Below the pieces are notes generated by a model, which ran no database searches, was not told the DNA's origin, and was given only the letters and a program-made list of their open reading frames with translations. A DNA stretch of 62,096 nt, filler included. It is 6 parts of 6 records of this genome, joined end to end, with 100 filler letters (N's around TTAATTAATTAA, not from the genome) between each part and the next. Parts side by side here need not be neighbours in the genome. Positions count along the whole stretch, not along the records: positions 56,260 to 62,096 come from SRR2962707_844; 5 more parts are not named here. The stretch is one strand, 5' to 3'. Both the position numbers and the translations under genes were made by a program. Positions 61,881-62,096 of the stretch are shown here, in pieces (positions within the stretch are counted from its first letter, which is position 1; each line of letters starts with the position of its first letter).

Positions 61881-62096
61881 CCTTGTGGTGGGAGGGGAAC
61901 GTCGATACCTTGAAGAAAAATCACAAAGACGAATGCGAAGAAGGGCACATGTAGGTACAAAGAAGAAGGCACACGTTGCAGCAAGAGCGAGTCAACGACT
62001 GCTGACTTGAGTTTGTTGAATTCTGCGCTTCCAACTACTTCTGCACTTTTCTTCCTTTCTCTCTCGCTTTCTTTCTTTCTTTCTTTCTTTTCCTTC

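Noticed and set aside
60570-62010. ORFs in the last 1.5 kb
   Set aside because: They are mostly translations of TG/TC microsatellites and low-complexity sequence, with no protein-like signal.

Overview
This window is not one locus. It is six unrelated contigs joined by five 100-nt artificial spacers (N44-TTAATTAATTAA-N44), most likely from a marine metagenome. (1) 1-6181, protist-like eukaryote: 5'-truncated SF3B2, convergent with a multi-intron class I cyclic-nucleotide phosphodiesterase whose N-terminal half looks like a voltage-sensor module of the type found in alveolate channel-adenylyl cyclases. (2) 6282-18043, alphaproteobacterium: lexA-comEC-gltX-gltA-lpxB-lpxI-lpxA-fabZ-lpxD-skp-bamA. 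(3) 18144-25275, Flavobacteriaceae-like: PaaE-type reductase divergent from a PadR operon with three tandem paralogous membrane proteins and an ABC exporter, followed by a ~43-bp-periodic ACGT palindrome array. (4) 25376-40583, Pseudoalteromonas/Alteromonadales-like: flagellin, flaG, fliD, fliS, maf and a legionaminic-acid-type glycosylation cluster. (5) 40684-56159, Flavobacteriaceae-like: housekeeping genes, a candidate unannotated ~85-nt sRNA after dnaJ and a glnB-amtB-porin nitrogen operon. (6) 56260-62096, eukaryote: a coiled-coil gene, a TPR-like/PH-domain gene and microsatellites. The best leads are the voltage-sensor-like PDE, the PadR plus three-paralog membrane system, the sRNA and the ACGT array. 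All calls come from motif recognition by eye; no database searches were run.
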